DNA of 41,076 nucleotides from a virus (taxonomy: Duplodnaviria > Caudoviricetes): the IMG/VR virus record IMGVR_UViG_3300049329_000004, positions 1 to 41,076 of that record; one strand, written 5' to 3'. The notes below the pieces were generated by a model. It did no database searches and was not told where the DNA came from. It was given only the letters and a program-made list of their open reading frames with translations. Below are positions 25,528 through 34,828 of the stretch, piece by piece (the stretch's first letter is position 1; each line of letters begins with the position of its first letter). The translations under genes were made by a program, and so were the position numbers.

Positions 25528-26445
25528 TTACGCCCATTCAGCCCGCGTAAAGGTCGTACCATCATCGGATACGGCGGCAGTCGAGATATTGCCGCTATCC
25601 GCATCATTTCTAAGTGTCTGTGTGGTAGCCGTTTGCGTAATCTTGTTCCTGGCCAATGCGCAGTTCCAACTAATCTTGGCGGCAATAGATGCCGTGGCCG
25701 CTGGTGGGGCAGAAGGTTCGGCATAAGTATCGGTAGCAAGGGCATCTACTACTTCGGCATTGACCGAAGCTTTCATGGCGGCGGTCAAATCCCCGCTGCT
25801 AGGTGCGTTGGTCAAGTTAGTCACCGTCGTGATTGTTCCTGCCGTGATATTGGTGGGGCTAGCTATGGATGCGGGTATGGTTACCCCGGCGGCTGCGGTA
25901 ATAGTCTGGCCAGCAAATTGGGTTGCATTGGCTTTGACTACACCGCTAGTAATATCAAGCTGCCCCGTTCCAGTGCCCGCGGACAGCAGCACGCTTGCGC
26001 CGATATCTCTTGCGGTTTGAGTCGTGCCAGCAATCTTGATCACATCGACTCTGCCGCTACCATCCACCGATAAGCTAGCAAAGTTTGTCGGGAAGGCTTG
26101 GCTTAGCGAATAACCTGTTTTATCGTTATTGGTACCAACGGTTACCCCGGTAAACTGGCCGCTCGCATCGTAAGCCAACGGATAAACCTGAATAGTGGCG
26201 TTAATGGCGTTCGTGTTAACGAAAGTGAAGGCCACTTGAGTATAGTTAGTCTCGGCTTGTGCTGGCGCATAGGTCCAATAACCGTTGCCTTCGTGGGTAG
26301 CAGCGCCAGCGCTCACCGAACCTGCGGCTTGAGTACCCGCATCGCCAGTAACATACACAGTCGTGGTGCCGCTGGTGATTGGTGTGCCGTCAGCCTTCGC
26401 AATTAACTGCGCGCCGATAAATTGGCCTCCTACATTACGTCTCAT
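25528..26445 (-). CDS. Thr/Ala/Gly-rich virion appendage protein
   Basis: Ig-like N-terminus (GNGYWTY...AETN), VGTNNDKTGYSL motif. Confidence 0.65.
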   Translation of the reverse strand: MRRNVGGQFIGAQLIAKADGTPITSGTTTVYVTGDAGTQAAGSVSAGAATHEGNGYWTYAPAQAETNYTQVAFTFVNTNAINATIQVYPLAYDASGQFTGVTVGTNNDKTGYSLSQAFPTNFASLSVDGSGRVDVIKIAGTTQTARDIGASVLLSAGTGTGQLDITSGVVKANATQFAGQTITAAAGVTIPASIASPTNITAGTITTVTNLTNAPSSGDLTAAMKASVNAEVVDALATDTYAEPSAPPAATASIAAKISWNCALARNKITQTATTQTLRNDADSGNISTAAVSDDGTTFTRAEWA

Positions 26446-27317
26446 GCGGCAATTCCTGGTTGTATGATTGAATTAGCATTTCTTGCCCAAGCAGGTTGAA
26501 AACTAACCCCACCGCCTACTGCCTCAATTAGCGTATGAGGTAGAACCAATCGCCGCAGTAATCCAGAGTAACCACGGCAAGCCAAAGCATATCTGGCACT
26601 AACATCCGCAGCGGAAAGAGCGCGGGCAGGATAAAGCGTAATGTCATCCAGGCGGCCATCCATATAGAAGCTACCATCGCCCAGCCGCCCAATCCGGTTG
26701 GCATTAGTGAGCCCGCCGAAGCCACCTGATCCGGTAACACCCTGTGATCGTCCGTTTGCGTAAATCGCATAGCTGGTAGCGCTGGTTTTATCCACGCCGT
26801 CAAAAACAATATCTATTCTGGTCCATACCCCAATGGTTGGGAAAACGGTTGCCGAATGAAAGGTGGCCCAGACCGCAGATCCAAAAGCTACCGGGTCATA
26901 ACTGCCCGCATCGGTTAGGAATACTTCAAAGGGCGAACCTTCGCTAACGGCTAGGGTGATCACTCCAGGGAATGAATTCGCGTAAGAGTCGAGGTACTGC
27001 CACCACCCCACCGAAAATGGTCTAGTAGAGCTAATCAGTAAATCGGTGCCGAAGTCTCCCTGATCATCCACGCCATCGAACTTAAAGCAGCCAACACCAC
27101 CCGGCCTGGTGCTGCCACGCCATTTGCCTTGTACTGGATCTGTTGAACCCGTGGTAAAGGTCATCTGGCGTTTTTTTACTAGGTCTTTCCAGGAAGATCC
27201 ACCACGATGGCCAGGACGCCCCGTATCTAGCCACCACAGAGCAAGCCCGGCATTAATGGGATTTGACCAATCCACCGGAGACGACCAGTCGATTAGATTG
27301 TGATCATTCCTGATCAT
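26442..27317 (-). CDS. LamG/ConA-like lectin-domain protein
   Basis: FDGVDD, FSVGWW, W..I..VFDG, IYANG, IGR...DGRLDDI..Y..ALSA.DV. Confidence 0.85.
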   Translation of the reverse strand: MIRNDHNLIDWSSPVDWSNPINAGLALWWLDTGRPGHRGGSSWKDLVKKRQMTFTTGSTDPVQGKWRGSTRPGGVGCFKFDGVDDQGDFGTDLLISSTRPFSVGWWQYLDSYANSFPGVITLAVSEGSPFEVFLTDAGSYDPVAFGSAVWATFHSATVFPTIGVWTRIDIVFDGVDKTSATSYAIYANGRSQGVTGSGGFGGLTNANRIGRLGDGSFYMDGRLDDITLYPARALSAADVSARYALACRGYSGLLRRLVLPHTLIEAVGGGVSFQPAWARNANSIIQPGIAA

Positions 27318-27826
27318 TAGTCTTGGATTAGCTCTTCAACAGCAGTAATGGTAATGGTGTGGTCTCCCGCCGTAGCCCCTAGAGCGACTCCGCTCTTATT
27401 GACGATAAACGGGGTCCCGTAACGAGCGGGCGGAAAGAACACTAAGGCTTGCTTCTGGATATTGGTGCCGCGAGCGTTACTTAAAATGATGCTGCCGACA
27501 AAGATAGACTGATACTTAACTTCGTCTGGGTTTGATAGCGCTGCGTCAGCGCCCGTCAAGTTGCTCGGATTGTCAGTGCCCGCGGTAGCCGATGTACTAG
27601 GCCCCCACCAGAGCTCGATTTCTGTGCCATTCACCGCTGCTGAGGTAACACTGGAAGTAAATAAGGCATGATGGCGTCTCGCCCAAGTCGCGCCTAAGTC
27701 CCCTTTAGCGCCTTCTCTAGCCGCACCATGAGCGATGCTGGTAGGCGTAATGGCATAAGTGCCGCCTGAAGCCTTCCACGTTATCGCCGCGCCTTGCTCT
27801 AACTTAAAATAATCGGGTAATGCCAT
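27317..27826 (-). CDS. Putative structural protein
   Basis: Beta-rich; N.SG.AL C-terminal motif; coupled to LamG gene. Confidence 0.6.
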   Translation of the reverse strand: MALPDYFKLEQGAAITWKASGGTYAITPTSIAHGAAREGAKGDLGATWARRHHALFTSSVTSAAVNGTEIELWWGPSTSATAGTDNPSNLTGADAALSNPDEVKYQSIFVGSIILSNARGTNIQKQALVFFPPARYGTPFIVNKSGVALGATAGDHTITITAVEELIQD

Positions 27827-27829
27827 CTA

Positions 27830-28306
27830 TTAACCTCGCAGTGCTTTAGCGATATCGTCGGAAGAAACGGTAACTAATGCGCCAAATAGCTCTTCGGCAC
27901 GTGAACCGTTCTTAATGGCAACCGCATCCAATCTAGTTTGGCTACCATTGGTGTCGCCAACTAAGCGATCTATATTTTTGCGTGTTTGAGTTTTACTGCC
28001 ATCGGGATTGGCTAACCTTACTGTGTCCGCTTGAGTAATAGATTCAAACCAAGAGGCGGCTAAAGTCGCGTTATTTACCTGTCCAGGAGTAGCAGGAAAA
28101 TCCCGCACATCTATCGCATCCAAAATCTCGAATCGGCCTACTGTGGGACGACGGATCGTAATAGCAGTCCCGTTGGTACCATCTCTAACGGTATTTAACA
28201 TCCCGGCAAGCGCGGCATCGTTACCGGTTGTAAGATGCTCAGCATAGCCATAGCCTCTCGGGTCGGTCTGTAACTCCGTCTTAAGCGTTGCATAATTAAT
28301 TGCCAT
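27830..28306 (-). CDS. Putative structural protein
   Basis: Y..LK.E...DP...GY start and SRAE.L end; GGAG RBS. Confidence 0.6.
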   Translation of the reverse strand: MAINYATLKTELQTDPRGYGYAEHLTTGNDAALAGMLNTVRDGTNGTAITIRRPTVGRFEILDAIDVRDFPATPGQVNNATLAASWFESITQADTVRLANPDGSKTQTRKNIDRLVGDTNGSQTRLDAVAIKNGSRAEELFGALVTVSSDDIAKALRG

Positions 28307-28318
28307 GATTACTCCAAT

Positions 28319-28340
28319 AAAAAAGCCGCTTAAAGCGGCT
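28319..28340 (-). terminator. Intrinsic terminator
   Basis: AGCCGCT-TTA-AGCGGCT-TTTTT. Confidence 0.7.
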
Positions 28341-28366
28341 CTGGTTTGATTCGTTGTTGGTTTTGT

Positions 28367-28765
28367 CTACAGCTTGAATATCTTGTTAGCCCCGCTGTCC
28401 CAAATGATGTTGATATCACCACTGTTGGGCGTGACCGGCAGTCCAGTTGCGGTATCTATATAGGCAATCAAAGGGCTAGTTGCGGTTGAGCCAGTATCTT
28501 TATAAATAATTAATGCTTCCGCACTAGCTCCAGTCACCGCCGTAAATGTGACATCAGCCGCATCAGCAACACCACTAGTGGTTGTTTTGCTGGCGAGTGT
28601 TTGAGGCGTACCTACCACACCAGATACGGATGAATAAAACTCATGGGTTTGCGAAAAAGTGTAAGTGCCGGTATCCACCAAAGCCACCTTTATCGTATCT
28701 GAAGCAAAAGCAATGGAGCCTTCTAGAAACTTTTGCCGCCCCTTGTCGTATAGCGTATTAGCCAT
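28367..28765 (-). CDS. Virion fibre/decoration subunit
   Basis: MAN.LY...R..FL......DTIKVALV...DAADVTF...PNSGDI.I.W...IFKL pattern of phage structural proteins. Confidence 0.75.
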   Translation of the reverse strand: MANTLYDKGRQKFLEGSIAFASDTIKVALVDTGTYTFSQTHEFYSSVSGVVGTPQTLASKTTTSGVADAADVTFTAVTGASAEALIIYKDTGSTATSPLIAYIDTATGLPVTPNSGDINIIWDSGANKIFKL

Positions 28766-28934
28766 CGTTGTTATCCTTGGTATAGGTTGTTAACCATTGC
28801 TCAACATCCTGCTTTTTGAGGGTAAATGTGTTTTTGCCGATGGTGATTTGATACTTGCCGCGCTTATTTATGACGTAATAGCCATCTTTTTGATGATGCT
28901 CGTGCAAAACTTGAATAATCCGCCCGTCAATCAT
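28758..28934 (-). CDS. Hypothetical protein (58 aa, not in ORF track)
   Basis: ATGA-coupled to terL stop; MIDGRIIQVLHEHH... Confidence 0.55.
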   Translation of the reverse strand: MIDGRIIQVLHEHHQKDGYYVINKRGKYQITIGKNTFTLKKQDVEQWLTTYTKDNNDG

Positions 28935-30517
28935 GAATCGAAAAAGGCTTCTGGCTCTAAATCGTACTGATTAATAATGACCGGCGGCACGGGGTCCATG
29001 TCATAGATGCGGCTTACGGCATCGATTAAGTCTTTAAGCGGCGCAAATGGGTAAAACAGCACTTGCTCTTTAAAGTGCTTGATTAAGTCGTAAATATTGT
29101 TTTCCGAATCCCGTTTCTTGATGGGCTTAGCGACGCGATAAGCTTCTCCACCGTTAATTACCCGTTGCTGCTGGCTAGTAACGCCTTCAGTAATCAGCGG
29201 CACATAGAATTTATGCGTTCTAAAGTCAGGGCCAAGACGCTGTACCCGGTCATCTTTGGAGCCTTCGCCGTCTCTCGGCCATTTCAGCTCATTAATGGGA
29301 AAGCTGCGCCCAGTAACCTGCATTTGCTCGTACATGTAATCTAAGTCCGCTTGCGCCCCATAGGCTTCGTAGCCAATCTGGACGTTTTGCACCCCGGTTT
29401 CATGAATCCAGCGCCAGCGCAGTGCCGCTAGGTTTTCCCAGCGCCCCTTTAAGTCTAGCCGATGGTTTATGCCGTCTAACAGGTATTTATTGCGAGCGCT
29501 ATCTACTCCAATCACCGCCATCGCGGTATTGGCCGAGCCTTTTTTCATGGAGCGGGCCGGGTCTACCAGGATGTACACGTTTAGAGTAGAAGGGCGTACT
29601 TCGTAATGCTGGATATCGTTGACATCGAACATAGCCTGCTGCCCCGCAATCGGGTTTTGCAGCATTTGGCAGGCAATGGTTGCCGGGCCTTGCACAATCT
29701 TTTTTTCTTCCCACTGTGCTTGTGTCATCAGCACCGGGTTACCATCGGCTTGGCCGGTGTCGGTCGCAGCATATAGCCGTGATTTCAGCGCGCCACGCTC
29801 GATAATGGCGTGATACGTGTCGGCATAGCTGTAGCGCGTGCCAATATGCCATTTCCTGCCGCTGGCAGTACCTAAGTTATCCGATAGTTCCCACGCTTCT
29901 GTCGTCTTCTGTACTTGCTCAGGAGTGGTTACCGATTCACGTGTAACAACGTCGTCGTAAACTCGTAAGGCAAAGTGAGCAGACGTTGGTTGCCCATCGA
30001 CTAGCCCCCATGCTTCTAGTGTTGCCTCTTTTGGATTTGACTTACGCTTTACAACGATGCCGTGCTCTTCCGACCATCTTGGAGAATCCTTGGCCGGATG
30101 CTGGTAGAGCACATCAGGAAATAACACCTTTAAGTGCTCATTCGCCTCAAATTCCTGTTTAATCTGGCGGAAGAACTTCTTTGCTATCGGCTTGGTATGA
30201 CTAAAGATCCCGATGGTTACTTCAGGATTGCGTAGGATCTCTTGAATGATCCCGGCATAAGTAATGATGGTTGACTTGTAATGCTCCCGCGCCCACAAGT
30301 CTAAGTAATCATCGGGCTGGGCTTCCACTTCTCTACAGCGCTGATATAACCACGGATGTAGCGCATCCTCACGCTTACAGACTCTAACGAGTAAATAGTA
30401 ACGATCAGCTAAACAGAGATTACGCGCGCCTTCATCTTCGTATTCTTCCTCGATGGCATCCCAAAATCTTATTGTTTGCTCAAGCGTGAGCTGCCTAACG
30501 CCTTCACTGAGATCCAT
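28931..30517 (-). CDS. terL: Terminase large subunit
   Basis: AREHYKST Walker A variant, VYDD Walker B, IGTRY motif C, VDPA and DLIDA nuclease motifs. Confidence 0.93.
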   Translation of the reverse strand: MDLSEGVRQLTLEQTIRFWDAIEEEYEDEGARNLCLADRYYLLVRVCKREDALHPWLYQRCREVEAQPDDYLDLWAREHYKSTIITYAGIIQEILRNPEVTIGIFSHTKPIAKKFFRQIKQEFEANEHLKVLFPDVLYQHPAKDSPRWSEEHGIVVKRKSNPKEATLEAWGLVDGQPTSAHFALRVYDDVVTRESVTTPEQVQKTTEAWELSDNLGTASGRKWHIGTRYSYADTYHAIIERGALKSRLYAATDTGQADGNPVLMTQAQWEEKKIVQGPATIACQMLQNPIAGQQAMFDVNDIQHYEVRPSTLNVYILVDPARSMKKGSANTAMAVIGVDSARNKYLLDGINHRLDLKGRWENLAALRWRWIHETGVQNVQIGYEAYGAQADLDYMYEQMQVTGRSFPINELKWPRDGEGSKDDRVQRLGPDFRTHKFYVPLITEGVTSQQQRVINGGEAYRVAKPIKKRDSENNIYDLIKHFKEQVLFYPFAPLKDLIDAVSRIYDMDPVPPVIINQYDLEPEAFFDS

Positions 30518-30768
30518 TAACTAATAACCACAAACCTACCAAACCAGCCAATGCCGATTTCCTCTACCGCCAAAGTAACGTTACGATCACAGTCTTCGTA
30601 TTGAATATATACTTCAACATTGCCGAGTTCGTGGCGATATTTAGTTAGCCTAGCTATGACATCATCTAATAAAAGGATCCTTTCGGCCCGCCGCTTAGCA
30701 TATTCTTCCCGAAAAGCCTTTAAATACTCTGAGCGTTCCGTTTCATTCATATCAGCAAGGTGTTTCAT
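30517..30768 (-). CDS. Hypothetical protein between terS and terL
   Basis: Coupled ORF. Confidence 0.6.
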   Translation of the reverse strand: MKHLADMNETERSEYLKAFREEYAKRRAERILLLDDVIARLTKYRHELGNVEVYIQYEDCDRNVTLAVEEIGIGWFGRFVVIS

Positions 30769-31085
30769 GACTGAGATCCACTTGGCTTTACATGAAATAT
30801 TTGCTCGCCCCCAGTATCAGCAAGCACACATATCCTAACTGGATGGCAGATATTTGGTTGTACATATTCTTCAATGACATATTCCATACCGTGAATTTCT
30901 TCGCCCGAATACAATCCATCTACTTTTCCAGCAATTATAGGAAACTCAAATTCTCCTTTAGCGCTTTGCCCTAAAAGAACACTAGCATGATCTCCATAGC
31001 CGTCTTCGATCAAAGCCTTTTTTAGCGCACTAAAACATTTATCGCAGTAAATATACTCGGTAACAAATGATCCTCGTTCGCTCAC
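30765..31085 (-). CDS. Hypothetical protein between terS and terL
   Basis: Coupled ORF with CxxC. Confidence 0.65.
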   Translation of the reverse strand: MSERGSFVTEYIYCDKCFSALKKALIEDGYGDHASVLLGQSAKGEFEFPIIAGKVDGLYSGEEIHGMEYVIEEYVQPNICHPVRICVLADTGGEQIFHVKPSGSQS

Positions 31086-31372
31086 TGCTGATTCCTAATC
31101 TTGTTTATTAGATCAATCGCTCGGCTGCCAAAATCATGGCTAATTTTCATTTGCAGCGGATTCTCAGAGTCCCCATGCACTTGCAGCGGTAACACCTTGC
31201 CGATCAGCGTCATAAAAGAAGCAGGATTAAGCGTTGCCTGCTGCTCTAAATAATCCACGCCACCCGCTTTATCTAGCGCTTGCAGGATCATATTTTTAAG
31301 CTCGGCAGTATTCTTGTTTATCGCTCCCTTTTGCCGGCCGCCGTAGCGCTCATGTCCTTTTGGTGCTGCCAT
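31082..31372 (-). CDS. terS: Terminase small subunit
   Basis: GGRQKG..NK.T..LK.MI..AL...GGV.YL...A..NP..F..L.GKVLP. Confidence 0.85.
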   Translation of the reverse strand: MAAPKGHERYGGRQKGAINKNTAELKNMILQALDKAGGVDYLEQQATLNPASFMTLIGKVLPLQVHGDSENPLQMKISHDFGSRAIDLINKIRNQQ

Positions 31373-31594
31373 TTAACTATCCAAAACTATTTTAGTTTTT
31401 GCTCTATAAGTCCGCATATATTCACGCTGATACTCTCGCTTGTTAAATCTGTTAGAGTTTTCTTGTCTAACTAACTCATTGTTAGACTGCTCTTGTCTAA
31501 CGGTTAACTCTTCTCTCGCATCAGCTAACAAGCGTTTAAGCAACTGAATGCATGAGCCTGTATGCTTAGCCTCGCCACAAATACCGCAATTCAT
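31373..31594 (-). CDS. Hypothetical protein (CxxC, basic tail)
   Basis: REYQREYMR.YR C-terminus. Confidence 0.65.
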   Translation of the reverse strand: MNCGICGEAKHTGSCIQLLKRLLADAREELTVRQEQSNNELVRQENSNRFNKREYQREYMRTYRAKTKIVLDS

Positions 31595-32106
31595 TAAACT
31601 ACCTTTCTTGCCGGCGGCAACGTTTCACCCGGATTAAGATTGGCCACCTCAATAGCCCTTTGCCAGCCATCAGTTTCCGGGCGGAAATATTTGCCTAGGT
31701 CTTTCTTCATTCTTTCTTCGCGGCTTTTAGCACATTCAATTTGCGCCGCCTTGATTTTATCAATCGCTTCTCTCGCTCTAATCTCGACAACGTGATTTCT
31801 TATTCCCACCATCACATAAGAGGGTATGCAGCCGGGTGAAACTTCTAGCTCTATAGATAATGGAGTTAAATATTCAAAGTGCTCGGCCTTGAGCGTAATC
31901 ATGGGCCAAGGGGAGGGCAAATAGGTCTTATATCTCCATTCCCCGGTAAATCCGAATCCACCTTCCATAGATTTGAATGTCGCGCCGTCTTCAGGCCAGG
32001 CAGTAACTTCTATTTCACACCCGACCACACAATCAAGTAATTTATGCGGCGGGTTTGGCTTTAGCTTTCCAAGAAAGATATCACCTATGGAAATCTTTTT
32101 GTTCAT
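31594..32106 (-). CDS. Hypothetical protein
   Basis: Start moved to ATG 32106 (ATGA coupling with upstream small membrane gene). Confidence 0.6.
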   Translation of the reverse strand: MNKKISIGDIFLGKLKPNPPHKLLDCVVGCEIEVTAWPEDGATFKSMEGGFGFTGEWRYKTYLPSPWPMITLKAEHFEYLTPLSIELEVSPGCIPSYVMVGIRNHVVEIRAREAIDKIKAAQIECAKSREERMKKDLGKYFRPETDGWQRAIEVANLNPGETLPPARKVV

Positions 32107-32240
32107 ATGCCAGTAAGAAGCTGCGCCAGTGCCCAGCACGCCAAGCCAGCCGCGATTAAATTAATCCTTCCGGCAGATAAGCCGATTGCCGCAACGGTAA
32201 ACAGTACTAAAGCAAATACCAGCAGAATCATTGTGATCAT
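32103..32240 (-). CDS. Small two-TM protein (45 aa, not in ORF track)
   Basis: MITMILLVFALVLFTVAAIGLSAGRINLIAAGLACWALAQLLTGI; ATGA-coupled at both ends. Confidence 0.7.
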   Translation of the reverse strand: MITMILLVFALVLFTVAAIGLSAGRINLIAAGLACWALAQLLTGI

Positions 32241-32395
32241 TTGTTTTTCCCTCTTGGCTTTGATTTCAGAATGCCTGTGCGCTTATCTGCCGCGTTGAAT
32301 TCTTGCGCCACTTTCTTAGGTGGGCAGTTCTTATAGTCAGCGCCATTAGCGCAGGCAGCCATCAGCTTTGCTTGAGATTTAGACTTTGAAGGCAT
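32237..32395 (-). CDS. First late gene, small basic protein
   Basis: MPSKSKSQAKLMAA.A...P.KVAQEF..AD pattern; GGAG RBS. Confidence 0.75.
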   Translation of the reverse strand: MPSKSKSQAKLMAACANGADYKNCPPKKVAQEFNAADKRTGILKSKPRGKNK

Positions 32396-32409
32396 ATGAA
32401 TCTCCAAAT

Positions 32410-32444
32410 AAAAAAGCCCCAAACCTTGTCAGGAGAGGGGCTTT
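32410..32444 (-). terminator. tR'-like terminator after late promoter
   Basis: AAAGCCCC...GGGGCTTTTTT just downstream of pR'. Confidence 0.75.
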
Positions 32445-32482
32445 GCACAAACTCTGGTGCCAACTAACACCAATTTATACTA

Positions 32483-32511
32483 AATATAGTGGTTTAGTCC
32501 CATTATGTCAA
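32483..32511 (-). promoter_or_regulatory. Late promoter pR'
   Basis: TTGACA-17 nt-TATATT immediately after Q, followed by a terminator. Confidence 0.85.
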
Positions 32512-32515
32512 GTAG

Positions 32516-32926
32516 TTATGTGATTAAAGAAGCAAAGGCCTGCTCAGCTTTATCTAAGCGGTAAAAGTAATTGGTTCGTGAGTTCACTATACCCGTTGTC
32601 CGGCCCTGTTTTATCAGTTTATCTAAGGTGCCTTCTCGCAAATAATGCATATAAATGGCCTGTTGGTGCTCTCGCGGCAGTGTCATAATCAAGTCATTAG
32701 TGTGCGCCGCCTCTAGTGCATCCACATTAACCCGCCCGCGATAGTCTGGATCGTACACAGAGCCCAGGGGAGGGGTGTACAAGCGATTTATAACGCTGCT
32801 GGTATATCCGGTCTTCTCTCGACTGCTAGCAGCCCAGTACGCCCAATTTTGCAGCATTGCACGGGCTTTTTGAATCTCATAGGATTCTTTCGGTTGAGCT
32901 GACATATCTTTCCTTTTAGGTTTCAA
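32516..32926 (-). CDS. Q: Late antiterminator Q family
   Basis: L.NWA.W start, sigma4-like C-terminal HTH, position before pR'/tR'. Confidence 0.75.
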   Translation of the reverse strand: MKPKRKDMSAQPKESYEIQKARAMLQNWAYWAASSREKTGYTSSVINRLYTPPLGSVYDPDYRGRVNVDALEAAHTNDLIMTLPREHQQAIYMHYLREGTLDKLIKQGRTTGIVNSRTNYFYRLDKAEQAFASLIT

Positions 32927-33233
32927 GGATATCGATTCCGTGACAAGCCTTCATAAGCTTACGTTTTAGCTTATATTCAGGCGTTTTTGGTCCCTTGCTA
33001 TCCTCTACTATCTTTACTTTGTGAGTATCGTTATAAACAAAATCGGCAATCCACTTACATACCCGCTGGCCATTTACCCAGCATTCATAGGAAACCTGCC
33101 GCTGCAAATTCGAGATAAGCCCGGCTTTTTCCAGGAGCCTTAACTGTTGCCAGCGCTCGGCCTCACGTTGGCTATGAAACATCATTCCATCGGCTTTGGT
33201 ACGTTTGGCGCGGTATTTATTCACGCAGCCCAT
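32916..33233 (-). CDS. DUF1064-family PD-(D/E)XK endonuclease (resolvase position)
   Basis: NKYRA..T..DG..F.S..EA, ADFVY, VEDSKG..T..Y.LK.KL. Confidence 0.88.
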   Translation of the reverse strand: MGCVNKYRAKRTKADGMMFHSQREAERWQQLRLLEKAGLISNLQRQVSYECWVNGQRVCKWIADFVYNDTHKVKIVEDSKGPKTPEYKLKRKLMKACHGIDILET

Positions 33234-33514
33234 TTCGGCTCTTTATCCGTTCTACCAGCTCGAATAACATAGTTTTTATTGCTCGCCGCCTCGTACCTCA
33301 GCTTGGCACCGCAATATCGGCAAAAATAGCCAGCATGGATCATCTTTGCCCCAACTTCGGCATAAGAAAAATGGCCGCAAGTATGGACGCCCAGCTTACA
33401 AAGCCACTTTTCACACCTAAATGCAAACTGTTGCAGTGGTGTAGAAAGATAGTTGGCCTCAAAAATCCTTGGCTTAAAGGCATCGAGGGCTTTTTTCCGG
33501 TCTTCCGGTGTCAT
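33221..33514 (-). CDS. Hypothetical zinc-binding protein
   Basis: LCKLG.H...C..CG. Confidence 0.6.
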   Translation of the reverse strand: MTPEDRKKALDAFKPRIFEANYLSTPLQQFAFRCEKWLCKLGVHTCGHFSYAEVGAKMIHAGYFCRYCGAKLRYEAASNKNYVIRAGRTDKEPKWAA

Positions 33515-33536
33515 TGCGGTTTGGCCCAGTATTTAG

Positions 33537-33728
33537 TCATATAAATAATAGGAACATGCGCTGCGATATATACTTAAGCTGATCGTCTATCGGCAAATCC
33601 TTTATAGATTCGATCATTAACTCGAACCGTCTTTCTTGTGCTTTTAAAACTTCTTCAGTTGCAGCAAGAAATTGCTCTTCGCTTAAATAAGGATTCATTG
33701 CTAACGCCCATAGCTGCGAACTCATCAC
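33537..33728 (-). CDS. Hypothetical protein
   Basis: Coupled ORF. Confidence 0.5.
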   Translation of the reverse strand: MMSSQLWALAMNPYLSEEQFLAATEEVLKAQERRFELMIESIKDLPIDDQLKYISQRMFLLFI

Positions 33729-34408
33729 AGCGCTATCTCTCGTTCAAACTGATCCAGCATTTCTTGCGTAATCTCGCTTAGCGACTCGATGCCTAGATGT
33801 TCTCTCATCTTGGTTTTCATTTGCTGAGCAGTTAAATCAATAGCAAATATCTGCAATTGCTTTTTTTCTTCCCGCGTGGCCTTGTTATGCGCCCAATCCT
33901 GATGATGATTAATGGCACATAGTGGTACGCAATACCAATCTGGCACCTTACGTGGTGTATTAGGGTTTCCAGAAGCAGGTAAATCAGCGCTGGTCACATG
34001 GTGCGCAACAATATCGCCGAAACATTTGGACAGATTACTAGTGCAACAAGGCCTTTGTTCCACCCACGCCTTATGCTTCGCCTGCGTATAAATACCCGCC
34101 CGCTCCATTGCTGCCCATAGTTTTGGATTCCTAAAGTAGCCATCGCGATGCATCTTTTGCGCAAGAGACCGATAGATTTCGTCGCTTTTTTGCGCATTAT
34201 CTATCGTGGTAGTTTTATCCGGTTTTTCCGGATAAAAACCAGCATTCACGGCTTTAGGATCAAGTGGCGCTATCGCCACCGGCATATCAATCTCGCCGAA
34301 GAGCTCTAGGAACTGCTTTTTAAATGGCGGATCGATATGTAGTTTGAGTTCTATCGTTCCATCGGGGAGCTCGCGATACTGCCTACGTGTTGCGGAGACT
34401 GCGTTCAT
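33725..34408 (-). CDS. Protein with C-terminal DUF968/HNH-like zinc-binding domain
   Basis: PC...C.G..VAHH...D...VPLC...HH. Confidence 0.7.
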   Translation of the reverse strand: MNAVSATRRQYRELPDGTIELKLHIDPPFKKQFLELFGEIDMPVAIAPLDPKAVNAGFYPEKPDKTTTIDNAQKSDEIYRSLAQKMHRDGYFRNPKLWAAMERAGIYTQAKHKAWVEQRPCCTSNLSKCFGDIVAHHVTSADLPASGNPNTPRKVPDWYCVPLCAINHHQDWAHNKATREEKKQLQIFAIDLTAQQMKTKMREHLGIESLSEITQEMLDQFEREIAL

Positions 34409-34641
34409 TCAGCAGAAAGCGGTACATCACGCCATTGTTCTGGTTCGTCAGGATCATCACTAACCCACAGTTGCTGTAAAAATCTAGCGTGCGATGATTC
34501 GCTATCTGGGGAAAAACCGCTATTATTTGGGCCAAGCGCACTATATGGTCGATGTACAAATCGCAAATTCATGGTTGGTTTATATGGGCTCACGCTTCCC
34601 TCCTTTATTTCCGTAACCGTCTTTAATAAGTGTGGTCCCAA
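34405..34641 (-). CDS. Hypothetical protein
   Basis: LRFV...LQQLW...EQWRDVP pattern; true start may be downstream. Confidence 0.65.
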   Translation of the reverse strand: MGPHLLKTVTEIKEGSVSPYKPTMNLRFVHRPYSALGPNNSGFSPDSESSHARFLQQLWVSDDPDEPEQWRDVPLSAE

Positions 34642-34828
34642 TAATGCATGGAGCTTCAGGATGTTCCATTAGCCATTTAATCGCCGCCCGGGTTTTTTCC
34701 TGGTTTTTCTTTCTGTAAGGGGGCCAAACTTCCAGAATTTTCTCTAATAAACCTTGTCGCTTAAATATCATCATGCCGCTTTCCTTTTCATCCGTTCCCG
34801 CTTCGCTATACATGCAGCACACATCCAC
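34580..34828 (-). CDS. Hypothetical protein (start probably at the internal MMIFKR)
   Basis: ORF in nin-like region. Confidence 0.55.
   Translation of the reverse strand: MDVCCMYSEAGTDEKESGMMIFKRQGLLEKILEVWPPYRKKNQEKTRAAIKWLMEHPEAPCIIGTTLIKDGYGNKGGKREPI

Noticed and set aside
23404-26073. + strand ORFs opposite portal and fibre genes
   Set aside because: Antisense shadows of strong - strand genes with no RBS or motifs
32503-32513. TTATGTCAAGT resembles a XerD arm
   Set aside because: No XerC-like arm 6 bp away; it is the -35 of pR'. The same applies to TTATGTCAAC at PR.
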